A stretch of DNA of 64,000 nt from Octopus vulgaris (Eukaryota): positions 68,882,001 through 68,946,000 of the forward strand of contig OX597816.1 of assembly GCA_951406725.2 (NCBI GenBank), given 5' to 3'. Shown piece after piece: positions 28,149 to 44,256 of this stretch; the first letter of the stretch is position 1; each line of letters starts with the position of its first letter. The position numbers were made by a program, and so were the translations under genes. The notes under the pieces were generated by a model. It made no database searches, had not been told where the DNA came from, and saw only the letters and a program-made list of their open reading frames with translations.

Positions 28149-31061
28149 TATCTATATTTGCCACAAGAACATAATTATAACATTAACAATGCTGAATATT
28201 TTAAAACTGAACTGCAATGTAGTACAGCTGAACATATTTGCTTTCCTATATATATTTCTATCCATTGGGTCAACATAAAAACAAAAACAAAAATAGAAAC
28301 AAAGGAAATACTGAAACAAAAATCAAAAAATCAGTTATAGTCGTTCAACAATGGAAAAATAATAGAATTAGTGAATAATTATGAATAAATGAATGCATTG
28401 TGAAGCCACTTAAAATATAAGAGAATATAAAATATCGACACTGTAATGTTCCTCTTATAGCCTGCTCCCGTATTAAAGAAAAAAAGGAAAATGGAAACTC
28501 GTAAAAAATCAATATATCAGCTGGTTATAGAAAAGGATTAAAATACTGATAATACATGAAAGAAAATAGTCTATTCAACCAATCATAAGTCTTCTTTTGT
28601 AAGTGTATTAATCCAATATATTTAAACATATATGATTATACCTCTTACGCTAATTGAATCAGAGGGACAGATTAAAATGACGCGTTTTAAACGCTTTATT
28701 GAATAGAAGAAAGATAAATAGAATTTTAATAGGAGTCTCTGTTTGAAATAATTACATGGAAATTTAATTATCGACAAAGTGAAAAATGAGATCTTAGTCT
28801 TTCTCTGAAATTGCTTTTTTTTTTCTCGTCTCTTTTCTTTTTTGTAAAATGTAATTTAGTACGTTTCTCGGTCAGATAATAATGCCAATCACTTCTCAAG
28901 ATCCTTAACTTGCTACTGTTATAACTAATGATAATTAGTACGCCAAATTCTTTCAGGAAAATATATATATTTTTTTTACATATATCTGTGTTATGTTAAT
29001 GTGTGTTCATTCTCGGGTTGTGAATAAGTTTGGACTCCTATCAATTAAAACGAAAATAATGTTGGAGCCGAGATATACACTATAGCTTATGTCAGTCTAG
29101 AAGCAGTAGAAATAAAGACAGAAAAAAAGCATCGATTTATTTTGCAGAAGCATCTACAAATTAAATCGAAGTTTCGTCTTGAAAATTGATCTCCGTAACA
29201 TTAAACTTGACGGAGAATATTCATTATAGAGAGACAGTTGCAGATTGTTTGTATGTCCGATAAGAAAATAGATTGAAACGAAAATTCTGAAAAACAAATT
29301 ATACATACTTTAAAATACCCGGCCGCCCCTAGAGAAAATATAATTTTTGTAGTATGTGACATGCTTGAATTACTTGCATGTAATTGGGGATGGACATAGA
29401 CACCCTTATTTCCTCCACTCACATTCGCTCTAGCTTAATATCCAAGATGTTTCAGCAGGAGTGGGAAAATGCAGCAGCAATATGAAGAAACATAAAATCA
29501 ACAACGCATCTCCTCGTCCAGATATTGAACCTACGATATTATGATCTTGTGCGAAACATCTTAGCAGTTTGCCCATGTATCTTCGCTTGTTGTAAGATAC
29601 TTCTTTCCCAAACACATGGTTCAAAGTTCAGTCCTACTACATGAAGCTTTGGGCAAGTGTCTATTTACTATAGTTTCAAGCCGACCAAAGCCTTTGGTAG
29701 ACGGAAGCTGAATGATATTCATCACCTACGTATGCATATATATATATATATATATATATGCTGGTGCGAATGGTTTTGTTATACGGCGCCGGGTTTTAAA
29801 ATGCTGTAAATAATAATGGTATTTACATAAGCCTAAAGCTTATAGCAATCGCCATGCAATGACTAAGAAGAATAGTCTTAAAAAATAGTCTAATATAAGT
29901 CCTCGAGAGAAATTAAGTAGGCTTTCCTATCCGCGTTGGGATAGAGCAGGCATAAGCAGGCATAAGGGCAGGTAAAGGTGTTTATGTACATTTACACTAT
30001 GTGATCTGTATCTTTTTGGGTCAAGACCTTCTATATATAGAGGGCTTGACTCTTAGAGTTTCTGTTAATGATTTTCAATATTATTTATATAAATTCTAAT
30101 GTACACATCCTCTGCATTATATATACTATATGTAAATTGGTTTCAAATCTTTGCTGACGATCATCAATTTTAAGAGAGGTCGGCAGGTCGACTACATCTG
30201 CCTCAGTGTTCAATTAGCACATATTTCATCGAAGTACGAAAGGATGAAAGGCAAAGTCCGTCTCGACGAAGTTCGATCGCTAAAGCTAAAGTACTAGATG
30301 AAATACCACTAAGCATTTTGTTCGACTGACAAAATATTCTTCCAGTTCGGCAATATATACAGCATGTATCGTGGGATCAGTTTTCTAATGGGTGCCAAAA
30401 TGTTTTTCTTCCTCTTTTGTTTCTCTCCGTCTCTCGTTCTTCATGTGTTTATTTTTCTCTTCTTGCATCTGTCTTTCTCTTATCACCCACATGTAGCAGT
30501 GTATTAAATCTTATGAAATTGCTACACGTTTCTGTTAGACATTTTCATATACATGTGTACAGACTTTCGAAGACACGTTTTACTAATTCAATCTTTCATA
30601 CGTTAAAAAAACAACCGTCTTTTCTAGAATACTGCAAGAATATTTTCACTAAGACCTGCACATTTCTTAAGGCATATTTCAGAGAATTTGTTCAAAATTC
30701 ACGAAAGCCGAAAAAACTTCAAACTGAATAACTGAATAGAATTCAAAACTAGTGACTGACCAACACTGATTTATTATTTTTTTTTTCGAGGAGACGTTAG
30801 ATCTTATCTTGAAAAACCCACAGTTGTTGGCTTAGATAGAGTTTGTGTGATAACGTGGTGGATCTAATCTTAAGGAGCTCTACAAATAAATGTATTTATG
30901 TTTTACATTGAATACAAATTTCTTCATGCTAATTAAACTGGTTAGACTCAAATTCTACGCAACAATAAAAATGTAGGCCGAAACGCTAACAGAAACCTGC
31001 CACTCAGTCTGCGTGACATGTCAGGTATATTCTTCAACATGCTATCGTCTTAAATAGATAC

Positions 31062-31430
31062 AGAACTTATGTCAACATCAAGATGCACAAAATGCACAAA
31101 AAACACACTATGGGCTCCGTGTGAGCAGTCATCTAAAAGTTTTTTGTGCATCTTGATGTTGACATAAGTTCCTTGCTTTTCCTGATGAGAAAGCGGCATA
31201 ATATACTCTTTATTCCTTCGCAATTAGGAATATGCAGCCTTCGAAACATATGTCGAAAATAAAGGAATTTTGTTAATTCGTCGTTCAACTCCATTCTTTC
31301 ATATATTTATATTTAAAAAAAAAAACACAAATTTCCACACGAAAGCACGTAACTTCTCTGATGTGAATTTGCTACCCAGGTATCGGTTAACCGAATTATC
31401 CATACAAGATAATTCATTCAACTACTCAAA
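31062..31430 (+). mobile_element. Short fold-back element with hammerhead, ending at (TA)n
   Basis: Inverted arms of about 30 bp at 31062-31091 / 31142-31171, followed directly by a hammerhead. Confidence 0.7.
31171..31265 (+). ncRNA. Type I hammerhead ribozyme with canonical core and GUC cleavage triplet
   Basis: ccttgcttttc-CTGATGA(31182-88)-gaaagcggcata...tatgcagccttc-GAAA(31243-46)-catatg-TC-gaaaataaagg. Stem I pairs 9 of 11, stem II 10 of 12, stem III is the palindrome CATATG. Predicted cleavage after 31254. Confidence 0.85.
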
Positions 31431-31899
31431 TATATATATATATATATATATATATAAGTGTGGTTACTGCTGAATGCCTTTGATTCATAAGTTGCTTAGT
31501 CAGAGCTCACATGATACAAACTTACGATAGCTATACCAACAATGACATATACACCTCAATAAGTAAGAAATGCTCATTTAATTCAGTTACAGCGGTGGCA
31601 TTTTGTGTTGAAATGCAATAGAGCTATATTTGCTTGAGCTTTGGTCAAAGCTGGTTACGATAAACACCAGTAAAAGAAGCAGCAGAAAATTTTCTTTATT
31701 TTAGGTGTATATTATGTGGGTTTTTTTCATAATTATTTTCATAATATGCTGCGTATATGTCAGCAAATCAACAAAATACGAAAAGCAGTTGCCGGAATAT
31801 CTGTTGGCTTTCTCTTACCACGGCATAAACATATCCAGAGGATTTCTGTGACTGAGAAGGAGACACCTACTCCGAAACGCTTGCATCTCGAAGTCTGGA

Positions 31900-32420
31900 T
31901 TGGTGGCATTGTGAGTTGGTTTAGGTGTAGTTACACCATTTGTCTGTGGCGAAAAGATTTCTCCATGACAAACACAGTGAATGGTTTGTTTACGAGTCCG
32001 AACTTGCCACTAGTATATTAGAGCTGGTAATAACATTGCATTTATTCCATTTAGCACTCCCATTCCCTAACTTACATAAACTGTCTATGATGTATCATGA
32101 CGTATCTGCGTATCACCGACAAGACCAACGCTGACAAGTGCCAACAGAAAGGTTGGGGCGATGTTCACAATGGGCTCAGTAGATAACCAGATCCGTCCTA
32201 CACCTAGCAGCAGGTTTCGACATACATTCACAAGTCAGGAATGTTCCGGTGCTATACGAGGCGATCAGAAAGATTTCGTCGCTCTGCGTGCATCTCCGGC
32301 AAACCCGGGTGACAGCTCTTTGTCCCGAAACAACAATGTTTCCAGATAGCAAAGCCGGATGGGGATTTCTGGAAAAAATCCATGGGTCCTGGCCTGAAAG
32401 TTCTCCATGTTTTCGTTTGT
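31900..32420 (-). mobile_element. Decayed Tx1/L1-clade ORF2 C-terminal fragment
   Basis: VTRVCRRCTQSDEIFL parallels CPRCSQSEETIL at about 1440. Confidence 0.5.
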
Positions 32421-34009
32421 TGAGATGCTTGAAATTTTGGTTGATTTGTTGTGTTGAAGTTGTTTGCAGTTGTGATGGTTTAGCGTGCAAGGGCTTGTGA
32501 GGGTTTGTTGGTTTCTGTCATTCCTCTAACCTTAAATATATACATGTATGTGTGTGTGTGTCTGATATTGCCAGTTGTTATTGCTGCTGCAATTCCCATT
32601 ATTTTGTTCTTGTTTTTGTGCATGTTGGGTTGCTGGTTTTTGGGTGTTACTGGAATTGTCGGTGGAGGCTCTTTGGCTTTCAGGGCTAAACTACCATTTT
32701 TCTTAAGCTCAACTCTCCTTCCTTTGACGGTCTTTCTCCCAGTTACACAGATTTATGGCGTTTACCCACCGTTAAATCTGAAGTCATTTAGAGTGTTTAA
32801 GGTGTCCTTCCTTTCGTTTTGTCGGTAGCATTTGCTGGTAATGAAAAGGCTTTCGCTTAACTCTTCTGCCTATGCATGCAGAAGAAACCTTTGTTGTTTT
32901 TATCTGTTACTGATTATGTTCTTTCCATTGTGATCGTTCTAGAGGTTTGGGTTTTGCAGCAAAGATGGTCGCGTGATCTGCTCTTTTAGCGCAAACAGGT
33001 GGTCTCTTTTAAAATACCTGTAGTATTTTAGCGTTTTCCTTCCAATATTACCGAGATTTTAATACACAGGGCAAAATGCGTAGAGATATTTCGTCCGTCT
33101 TTTCGTGCTGAGCTCAGATTGCGTCGGGGTCGACCTTGCCCTTCATACTGTCGTGTTCGATAAAATATGTGACAGATGAAGACTGAGGTTGATGTAATCG
33201 ACATAATCCTTCTCCCCAAATTGCTGGTCATGTGCCAAAATATGGAACCAATATTACCCACATTTGCTCATGTGTTGAACTCGAATACGTTCGAGATATG
33301 GGCCAAACACTCAAGTGCCGCTAACATTTGGAACGTCCGGCACAATCGCATTATTCTGCTGCAGAATAAATTTGAAAACTACAACCTTTCTATGATGTTC
33401 AAACCTCCGGCCTTCTAAAGGATCTGTCTAGTAGTGCAGTCGATGTAATCAACTAAACATTTTCCTTAAAATTACTGGACGGGTACCAAAAAATAGAAGC
33501 AATTATTATTGAAGTAGTTGCCAACATCGTCGTAGGCGAGTTCTTTTTCAGTATAATCAAGCTGATTGGAAGCAGACGATAATTTTTCTCCTCTCTTTTG
33601 TCGTCAGATGTTGTCATGGCTACACAATCTTCGTTGTCAGTAAAGCATATATTTGACATTTTCATTTCTTTGTTGTCTCCCTCTTTGATTCTACTAAACT
33701 CTCATCCACTTCATGTGTGTCTTTTTAATCTGCTGTGAATGTCATTATTTCTTTAAACGAATGCGTGTTTTTTTTCTTTTGTTTTATCAAGGAAACTGAC
33801 AAATGTGCAAGCAGTTGATACTCCGGTACAACGGGTATTGAGGAAAACGCTACAATTCCCAAACGGGAAGTGGCTTCATTATTCTGTCAAATCGTTTTTC
33901 ACAAAAACACATCCCATACTGTAAATAACAGTAAAACTCTATAAAAGATGATAGAACTGAGATTCAGCATGCCTCAACAGTATTTTTAATAATAATAATG
34001 ATTTCCAGT

Positions 34010-35071
34010 TTGGGCACAAAGCCAGTAATTTTGGAGAGAGGCGAAGTCGATTACATCGAACTCAGTACTTAGCTGGTATTTATTTTATTTTATTGCAGCG
34101 GCGAGCTGGCAGAAACGTTAGCACGCCGGGCGAAATACTTAGTGGTATTTCACCTGCTGCTACGTTCTGAGTTCAAATTACGCCGAGGTCGACTTTGCCT
34201 TTCATCCTTTCGGGGTCGATTAAATAAGTACCAGTTACACACTGGGTCGATATAATCGATCTGATCCGTTTGTCTGTCCTTGTTTGTCCCCTCTGTGTTT
34301 AGTTCCTTGTGGGTAGTAAAGAAACAGGTATTTATTTTATCGACCTCAAAATAATGGGCGCTAAAGTTGATCTCGGCAGAATTTGAACTCAAAGTGTAGC
34401 CACAGACGAAATGCGACTAAGCATTTCATTCGGCGTGCTAATAACTCTGCCAGGATACCAGTGATAATGCTAATCCTTTCTACTAATACACAGGGCCTCC
34501 AATTTTATGGGAGGGGACCAGTCGATTACATCAAGCCCAGAGTTTCACTTGTCCTTAATTTATCGACCCCCGAAAGGATGTAAGGTAAAGTCAACCTCGG
34601 CAGGATTTGAACTCAGAGCAAAGCGACAGACAAAATGCCGCCAAGCAGTTGGTAACGATTCAACCAGCTTATGGAACGTTAATGTGAAAAGAGGAATTTT
34701 CTGGGTGGGGATTCGTTGTCCCCTTTAATATTTGTTCTATGTTTCATCCCCCTCAGTTTAGTATTAGGGAATTAGTTCACAAATAATAAGGGAAAAATTA
34801 ACCATTTGCTCTACATGGATGATCTGAAGCCTTTTAATGAAAATTTGTTTCCTTATAACCCACAAGGGTCTAAACATGGAGGGGCACAAGCAGGGACATT
34901 TAAAGGGATTAAGTCGATTACATAGACACAAGTGCGTAACTGGTACTTAATTTATCGACCCCGAAAGGATGAAAGGCAAAATCGACCTCAGCAGAATTTG
35001 AACTCAGAACGTAACGGCAGACGAAATACGGCTACGCATTTCGCCCGGCGTGCTAACGGTTCTGCCAGCTC
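34010..35071. mobile_element. Cluster of at least four copies or fragments of the 18786-type SINE in both orientations
   Basis: Copies at 34097-34328(+), about 34330-34450(-), about 34490-34670(-) and about 34840-35071(-). Confidence 0.85.
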
Positions 35072-35850
35072 AGTCTCTTCAGCAAAGGTATAGGCATGGG
35101 ATTTGGCATAGATAAGTGTACAATATTAGTCATGGAAGGGGACAGGTGGTCAACGGCGAAGGTATCCAATTACCAGATAGCTAGGCATTAAAATCATTGA
35201 AAGGAGGAGAGAATATTATGTATCTAGAAGTATTAGAACCTGACATGGTATTAACAGATATGAAAACGAAAATTGAGAAGGAGTACATCAGAATTTTTAA
35301 AAAAAATTTATTTTATCTAGTTTCAGCTCACGAGCTGTGGCCATGCTGGTGAGGAAGGTAAAGAAATCAGAGCTAAATGGTCCAGATCTAGGGAAGGCTG
35401 TAAATACTTGGACAGTATCATTACTTATATGCTCAGCAGCTCTTGTAGATTAGACTAAATCTGAATGAGCAAAGCTAGACAGAAGAACTGGGAAGGAATT
35501 CAATATGAATGGAGGACTCCACCCAAGGGAAGGAATAGCAAAATTATACTTGTCTAAAAAGTAAGGCGGAAGAAGGTTAATATCAGTAGAAGACTGCATG
35601 AAGCAAGCTAGAGTAGATATAGACTCCTATGTAGTAATAGTGAGCAAAGTTTGTTAAGAGATGCTAGATTCACAGCAAGTCATAGAGAAACCAAAATTCC
35701 AAACGAAATTAAAAACCCAGATTTAAAGGATAGAAATTATTTGACTGGCAGGGGCAGGTGTTGTATGGTAGATTCCCAAAAATAATTGCAGCAAATAGTA
35801 GTAGTGAGACATGATTGTTTTTGCAGAAAGGAAAAACCAATCCGAACTGT
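34690..35850 (+). mobile_element. Decayed R4/Dong-clade LINE RT region interrupted by a SINE
   Basis: KINHLLYMDDLK, FSKGIGMGFGIDKC, AVNTW, LDRRT..MNGGLHP..LYL..GGRRLISVEDC; many stops. Confidence 0.8.
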
Positions 35851-36371
35851 ATGTCAGTTGATAATAGAGTAATACCTAGAATTCTTTGGAAAATTCCTAA
35901 TAATAGCTTCACGAAGCTGCAATGGGAGATTAGATTTAATTTTTCTCCTGTGTGGAACAATTAGCCAAATTGTTTTACTACTAGTTATCTTATTTTTAGT
36001 GTAATTAATTTTCAAAGACTTACATTTACCTTTAGAATGATAGTAGGGGATTAAATAAGGGTTATCTCCCTTCCTCCGTTTTGTTTCCGTATATAAATTA
36101 AAACTGATATCGTTAATTCCTTTACAACTAGATTTCATATCTACTTTGGTAAAGTTAGAATAAGACTGAATAGAATCAATGTAGATTATTTTCTCTGTAT
36201 AACTTGCTTTAAGTAAGGCATAGTTATAAAATTCTACCTTTAAAACAAGGAGCTACAACCTTTTTACTTCTGTGACTTTTTGCTACCCTGGTAACTATTT
36301 ATCTATTTTTTCCGTGTTAATTGTTAACAAGGTAAAAATACACTCATCTATTTATATGTATATATACACAC

Positions 36372-37127
<756 letters not shown>

Positions 37128-37681
37128 ATGTGTGTATCTATGTATGCATTTTCGGAAACCCCACGAACAAAAGAGAAGCTTTCTAGCTTTCTAGAGACGA
37201 ATACCGTAGTTTTCACGCTTTCAACTTTGATATCATCTGTTTATGCGAGAAGGTGTACTTTTAAGAACTTGGCTCCGATCTTGCTGACCAAGTGGATCAC
37301 CTCGCTGGCAAGAAGTAATTTACAATTTATAATTAAGTGGGTCATTTTGTAACAAATTTACAGGACGGAAATGAGACTGTCTGAATCAAATAATTTCCTG
37401 AAGAGCACTACCAGCTATATTGAATTGAGCTGCATTGGCATCAGACAGGAACGGAAACTAGAATACTGATGCCGAATGATATTTAAAGATGCAACATTAA
37501 TTAATTATTTTTTGAAGTATAAATTGATTTTGAAACTCCTTATAACAAGGAAAATCTGACTGATTAACGGACAATTTCATAAGCGATATCAGAAGATGAG
37601 GAGTTGGTAGTTTAAGAAAATAAAGAAACATGCACCACCGCCTCACATAGTTATGTGTATATGTCTCTCTCTCTCTCTCTT

Positions 37682-37744
<63 letters not shown>

Positions 37745-37797
37745 ATGATTGCATGTATGCGTTTGATTTTCTATAAATTTCAACTATATATATATAT

Positions 37798-37833
<36 letters not shown>

Positions 37834-38832
37834 CATACATATGCGTGTACAAAATAATAATCTAAGTATGTACATAAATTCCTTACCTTTTATTGTCTCT
37901 CTCTCTATGTCTGTGTACGTGTGTGTGTATGCCTGTCTGTCTATGGTTGTGTCTGTATCTGCGTAAGTGTCTGAGTGTTTGTGTGCGTTAGTCAACCTAC
38001 AGGATTCAAAATACTTTCATATTGTTTGTCTTTGTGTTCATTATTTCTCTCTTGGCAATCATGATAGACATTTCATTCTCTAATGAGAGACAGTTAATTA
38101 ATTGCCGACCTAAATCTTGACGGACATTAATCTTGTAAACTCTGACCCTGCTGATCTATCACTTAGCAGTTATGATATGTTTGCAACACAGGGAATTCCT
38201 TTCCGTCCATTTAAATTCGTCTCTATTTACAGAGATTCCATTTATTCTTCTCTTGAGCGCTTTCATACTTCTTTTATACAAGTATTTACGTATACTCAGC
38301 GGACTAAATTGTGGTTACAGTCATCATCAAGCGTTAACAGCGTTCATGTAATGTGTATGTGCGTTACTGTGTCTCACAGAATTCCGATTTTGTGTTTTGT
38401 ATGAGTACTGATTGGTGGACAACACCGATCGCATTTCTGTCAAATGTTTCTAACTGTAATATACAACTAATCCCATTTTATAAGAGGCAAGTGTATACCG
38501 ATCGAAAATTATTTCTAGATGTCTAGAATAAATTGTATTTGTATTATAATATTGGGAATTATAATATTTTAAGAACAAGTCAACGATATAATTGTCGTGT
38601 TGTTGATGCATTTAAAAATGCTCTTCACAACTGTTAATCTGTGTGTTACATAATACAAATTAAAATTGACACTGATAGGAATATTGTATAGTGACTGTTA
38701 TTTAATGAATGAGAAATTTGGTTATTTCTAAATAAATTTGAGTAGACAGCACGAGATACACACGCGCGCACACACACACACTCGAGCACACACACACGCG
38801 TATGTATGTATATATGTATGTATGTATAAATA

Positions 38833-39100
38833 AAGACCCCCTTCGGTCATGAATGACCATGGGATGGCACCCAGAAAGTTCCCCTCTCAGGCACAAGTCC
38901 GGGCAAAGTTGTTTTTGAAAGACTAGCAGTTGCCCATGCATACCAGCATCCACTCTCCACGCCACCAGTGTTATCCAAGATAAGGACAAAGGCCGAGACA
39001 GCTTGGCACCAGTGACGTCCTGACACATTTCTACATCTCAGTGAACTGGGACAACGTGAAATAAGGTCTCTTGCTCAAAAACACAATACAGCATGGTCCG
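38833..39100 (-). mobile_element. tRNA-derived SINE (family of 59650 and 62250)
   Basis: Shared ttgagcaagacactttattt and ttggataacactggtggcgtggagag blocks. Confidence 0.8.
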
Positions 39101-39779
39101 GCTGCCTCATGATGGCATGTATGTATACATATATATATATTCTTTATTCTTTTACTCGTTTCAGTCATTTGACTCCGGCCATGCTGGGGCACCGCCTTTT
39201 TTGTCAAACAAATCAACTCTAGGACTTAGTGTTTGTAAGCCTAGTACTTATTCTATCGGTTCATTTGCCGAACCGCTAGGTTATGGAGACGTAAACACAC
39301 CAGCATCGGTTGTCAAGTTAAGGTAGGGAGTTTGTAGAAGTGTTAGCACACTTCTGTGTAGAATGCTTAGTGGTATTTTACCTGTCTTTGCGTTCTGGGT
39401 TCAAATGACGCCGGGATCGACTTTGACTTTCACCCCTTTCTGGTTCGATAAAATAAGTAACACTTGAGCACTGGGGTCGATGTAATTGCCTTAGTCACTC
39501 ACTTGAAATTTCTGACTTTGCGCCAAAATTTAAAACTAATTTAGTCTATAAGTTGATGGCTATAATTTGTCAGCGAAAAATTGGCAGGTAATTGATCCGT
39601 TACTTTGTGTTCGGAGTTTGAAATTCCTCCCTAACCCACATCGCTGACAGATTTAAGTCGGTGTTGGGTTTAGCACCATCATCTGGCAATTCGGTTGTGC
39701 TTTAGCGGACTCCTATCGATTGCAAGCATTTTGTCCAGGTTTTTCAGTTTGAAGACAACTTTTTTTCTCTCTTGTTCTA

Positions 39780-41220
39780 CAGGGTAGGGAATATTTTGGA
39801 AGCCATATTTTTCATATATTCCTGAGCGTAAATACTAAAATATTGTTTTCTGTTTCAGAGTGGCGGTATATAGAGTTAATTTAGTCAAAGGTTGCAGTCA
39901 AACAATATAACATGTCCACTTAAGAAGCCCAGACAACGTATTGTAGATTTGCTTCGTGTCGGGGTTGCAATTACACGTATTGCTCAGACTGTTGAGGCCT
40001 TTGTAAGCACTGTAAAGAAGCAAGGAAGCGGAGACATAGTTAAATGGAACGGGTAGTGCATTTCTTAAAATCTCTCACAGCCAAAATTTCGAAAGACTCA
40101 ACAACTACCATGAGAAAACTGTCCATGGACATGAAAGTTCATCCAAAGATCACCAGAAATGCTGTACACACTGATTTACATTTGCTGTCATACGTGAGGA
40201 CCCCGATACACCTATTGACACATGCAATAAAAACCAAAAGGCATGGAAGGGCCAAAAATTGTTGCGATACCTGAAGCCCAATGGACAAACCTTTAACATT
40301 TTTCAGGTGAAAATGCCTTTACTGTTGATGCTTTGTTTTTCTGTTTGTTTGTTGAGTGTAGCGGCCTTCGTCCCTTAGTGGGAGTAGTTCGAAACGTGGT
40401 CCTTTGCTATTCGTAAGACCAGTAGAAGAGAAAGCAGGTCAAGCCCCGACACCGAGAGCATCGACGGATGGATGGATGCGCATCCCGTCTCAACGGTTGC
40501 GTCGGAAGTCGGGGACCAGAAACAGGAAGAAAGAGTGAGAGAAAGTTGGAGGGAAAGAATACAACACGGGTCGCCACCCCCACCCCCCGCCTGCCGGGGG
40601 CCCGTGGAGCTTTAGGTGTATGTGTGTGTGTGTGTTTGGGGGGACTGACGTTTATTACAAAGTCCTGCAGTATAAGGTTTAGCCTTGGCTGGAGTCTAAC
40701 TGCCCCAACGGTAATTATGTGTTGACTGAAGATGGTTCCCCTGGTCATACGGCGAAGAAAGTGCAGAAATTCTGCAAAGACAACTTCGCCGACGTTTGGT
40801 CTGTCAACTTCTAGCTTTCTTCCAGTGCAGACTTGAATTCCCTGGACTATGCCGTTTGGGGCAAAATGCAGTACACTACCAAGAGAACTTCACATCTAAG
40901 TCTTGATGATTTTAAGCAAATCTTGAGAGAAGACTGAGACAACATATCTGATTACGTCATCATGAAGAGCTGTCACGCCATCAGGCGGCGTGTGAAGGCT
41001 GTGGTGGACAATGGAGGCAGACGTATTGAATAAATTGTTTATCTATACCCTATAGACTTGTGTGAAGGCTGTGGTGGACAATGGAGGCAGACATATTGAA
41101 TAAATTGTTTATTTATACCCTATAGACTTGTGTGAAAATTATATATATGTAGCTGGTTGTTGTAATATAAACAATTTGGTGAATAATCTATTATTTTCCA
41201 AGTTTTGCTTTCCCACCCTG
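39780..41220 (+). mobile_element. Decayed DD37D (maT-type) Tc1/mariner transposon with a SINE insertion
   Basis: N-terminal RQRIVDLLRVG. C-terminal DGSPGHTAKKVQKFC...DLNSLDYAVWG with 37 codons between the two Ds. Termini CAGGGT(A/G)GG(G/A)A; duplication of about 60 bp near 40990-41135. Confidence 0.8.
40345..40640 (-). mobile_element. SINE (family of 9013) inserted in the maT element
   Basis: Reverse-complement match to about 9115-9335. Confidence 0.85.
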
Positions 41221-41666
41221 CAGATTCAGAAGCATTGTAATGCATTATGCGTCATGCATTCCCTTCTGACAAAAGAACGAAAAATTTTAATGTATACAGG
41301 AAAGTATACATGTGCATAAACGTGCCCATATTGTGTTGTCGGTGTAAATTCACATTTACTCATATCCAAGAGATGCAAAGCATTTATAACAATGCCAGAG
41401 ACCTGCACCAAGTAACATATAACGCAATAGTTCATATGCTTGACATGAAATTAAAATAAACACGATGTTCCCGATAGAATAATAGAGAAACTCGAAAGAG
41501 TTAGCTTCGTTTTCTATTTGGTTTCTAATTCGTGTGTTTATTATTATTGGTGTAAGAAACCTCCCAAAACATAAAAAAACTTAGATTATTTTTTAATCAT
41601 CAGTATTTACACATATACATATAAACACACATATATACATTCATATACGTATATGCAATAGGTACA

Positions 41667-41712
<46 letters not shown>

Positions 41713-42284
41713 TTATTTATTTATTTATTTTCTTTATTTTCTCTCCTTGTTTCATTTTGTATTACTTTCTGTGGAATGTCAAAGACTTGTTCACACCCCA
41801 GCGTTATACTAATACATCTGTATGTTGTCTACACCACATGTCTTCGTCTTTTGTTTTTTTTTTGTGAATTCTCCCTACGTATATACACGTATGTGTTTTA
41901 TATGGGCTTAAATATTGCTTCTCAATCATTAATTCCCGAGTTCGATTCTATAGCGAGGGTTTATATGCAATATTATTTTACCGTAGTCTCATGTCATTCC
42001 TCGTTCTGTGGCTGAAAATACTGCAAGAAAACTATAGGACCATAATATACATGTTTATAATGGCTACTTTGTCACAAAATATGTCAGATTAATAATACCT
42101 GAACATTACGTGACGTGGAATATTCAGACGACGACACAAAAATTCTATGACAGTTGATGGGTTGGCTGGTCTATCAACTGGAATAGGCATCATCGAATTC
42201 CACGTAGATCAATTTTACTCTGTGTGTATGCACACATGTATTTATGCACATATGTATGTATGTTTATATGTATGCATACACACA

Positions 42285-42322
<38 letters not shown>

Positions 42323-43069
42323 TAAATGTGTGTCTGTGCGTACGTATATGTATATCTATCTATCTATATATATATATATATATAAATATATAAATATATA
42401 AACATATATATATATATATATATAAACACACACACACATATATATATATAAATATATAAATATATAAACACATATATATATATATATATACACATTCACA
42501 CAAATACTCTCATACATATATTCATATCCATGTTTATGGATATATGCATATGTACGTGTATGTGTGTATATTGTGTGTGCATGTTTGTATATGGATGCAT
42601 CTATAAATATATATATGCATGTATGTAGGTGTGTCTGTGTGCGCAAATCTGTGCGTGTATATCAAAACTTATCTTTCCCTTTTGACAACTACAATTACAT
42701 TCTGTATTCCGCATCAACGGAAAATTCCAGAGAAGCAAAACAAACACAACTAAATATACTTTCGATATTTGGCACATTTTCTCCAGAAGAATTGTTGGAT
42801 TTATTTCTATTCATGAGGGGGTTTACATTCTTTTTATTGCTTTTTTTAATCATATATGTGGAATATAAAAAAAATTTTGAAGGACTTCTTCTGTTACGGA
42901 TTTTTATACAAAATACTATAGATCTGTTGGAGTAAAAATGTTGTTTTAATACTTCCTGACGGTTTTATTGTATGAATCTAAAAATGATTTTTTTCTGCTT
43001 TAACAATTGCTAAATTCTGCAAGACTTGAGTGTGAGACCTTTGTACGCGGGGGAAGAACGAGTCACGAA

Positions 43070-43149
<80 letters not shown>

Positions 43150-43238
43150 CAATGTGTGAAGTACATATACATACATATATATATATGTATAAACACACAC
43201 ATACACACACACACACAAACACACACGCACACACACAA

Positions 43239-43322
<84 letters not shown>

Positions 43323-44134
43323 GAGTATTTATTCAAATGCTTCAATTGGAACATATTATTTCTGTATTGTCCAAATGTATTTTTCTACCATAAATTTACG
43401 TAAAAATATATACATATGAACATTTCTTCAGCAGGTGCCTTGTTGTGAACAATTGTTTATATTATTTTTTCAATTTTTTTTTTATATCCATAAGCCTTTT
43501 GCTAAATTTTTGCTTGAAGAAATTTATCTGCGAAATATTTATTCATCTCGCTAATATTATACAAGCTCTTCTACAGAAAGGGACAGAAAAAACAAGGAGA
43601 GAAAAAAATGTGTGTAGTGGCTAACGATCTATCATGGCGACTGACTTCGGACGGAAGGGTCACACACGAGAGGTAAGAAGTAGGGGAGATAACAAGGTAA
43701 AGATGATCCCCAACACGAAGGTGCGTGTATAAGAGAGTATGTATGTGCGTGTGAAAGAGGGCTGGTGGTCTGGACGTGCGCGTGTATGTATGAGTAGGTA
43801 TGTGGGTGGTGTGTTGTGATGTGATGTGTAAAGTTGTATGGTGTAGTGTGGTGTGGTGTGATGTTGTTGGGAGGTGGGGGAAGCGAGACTGGGGAAAGCA
43901 CGTGTGGGGTGTGGGTTCGGCTCAGGGTTGGTGTAGAGTTGGGGCTTCTGGGTAGGTATAGGGTGGGGGTAGAGGTGGTGTATGTGGGAGAGGGTGGGTG
44001 GCATAGGATGGAGAGATGGGAAGGATAGGGAAGGTGGTGTAGGAATGTCTCTATCTATCTATCTATGAGTGTCTACGTCTGTGTCTATAATACAACTGTG
44101 AATATATAGTTACATGCATATTCCTATATATATA

Positions 44135-44256
<122 letters not shown>

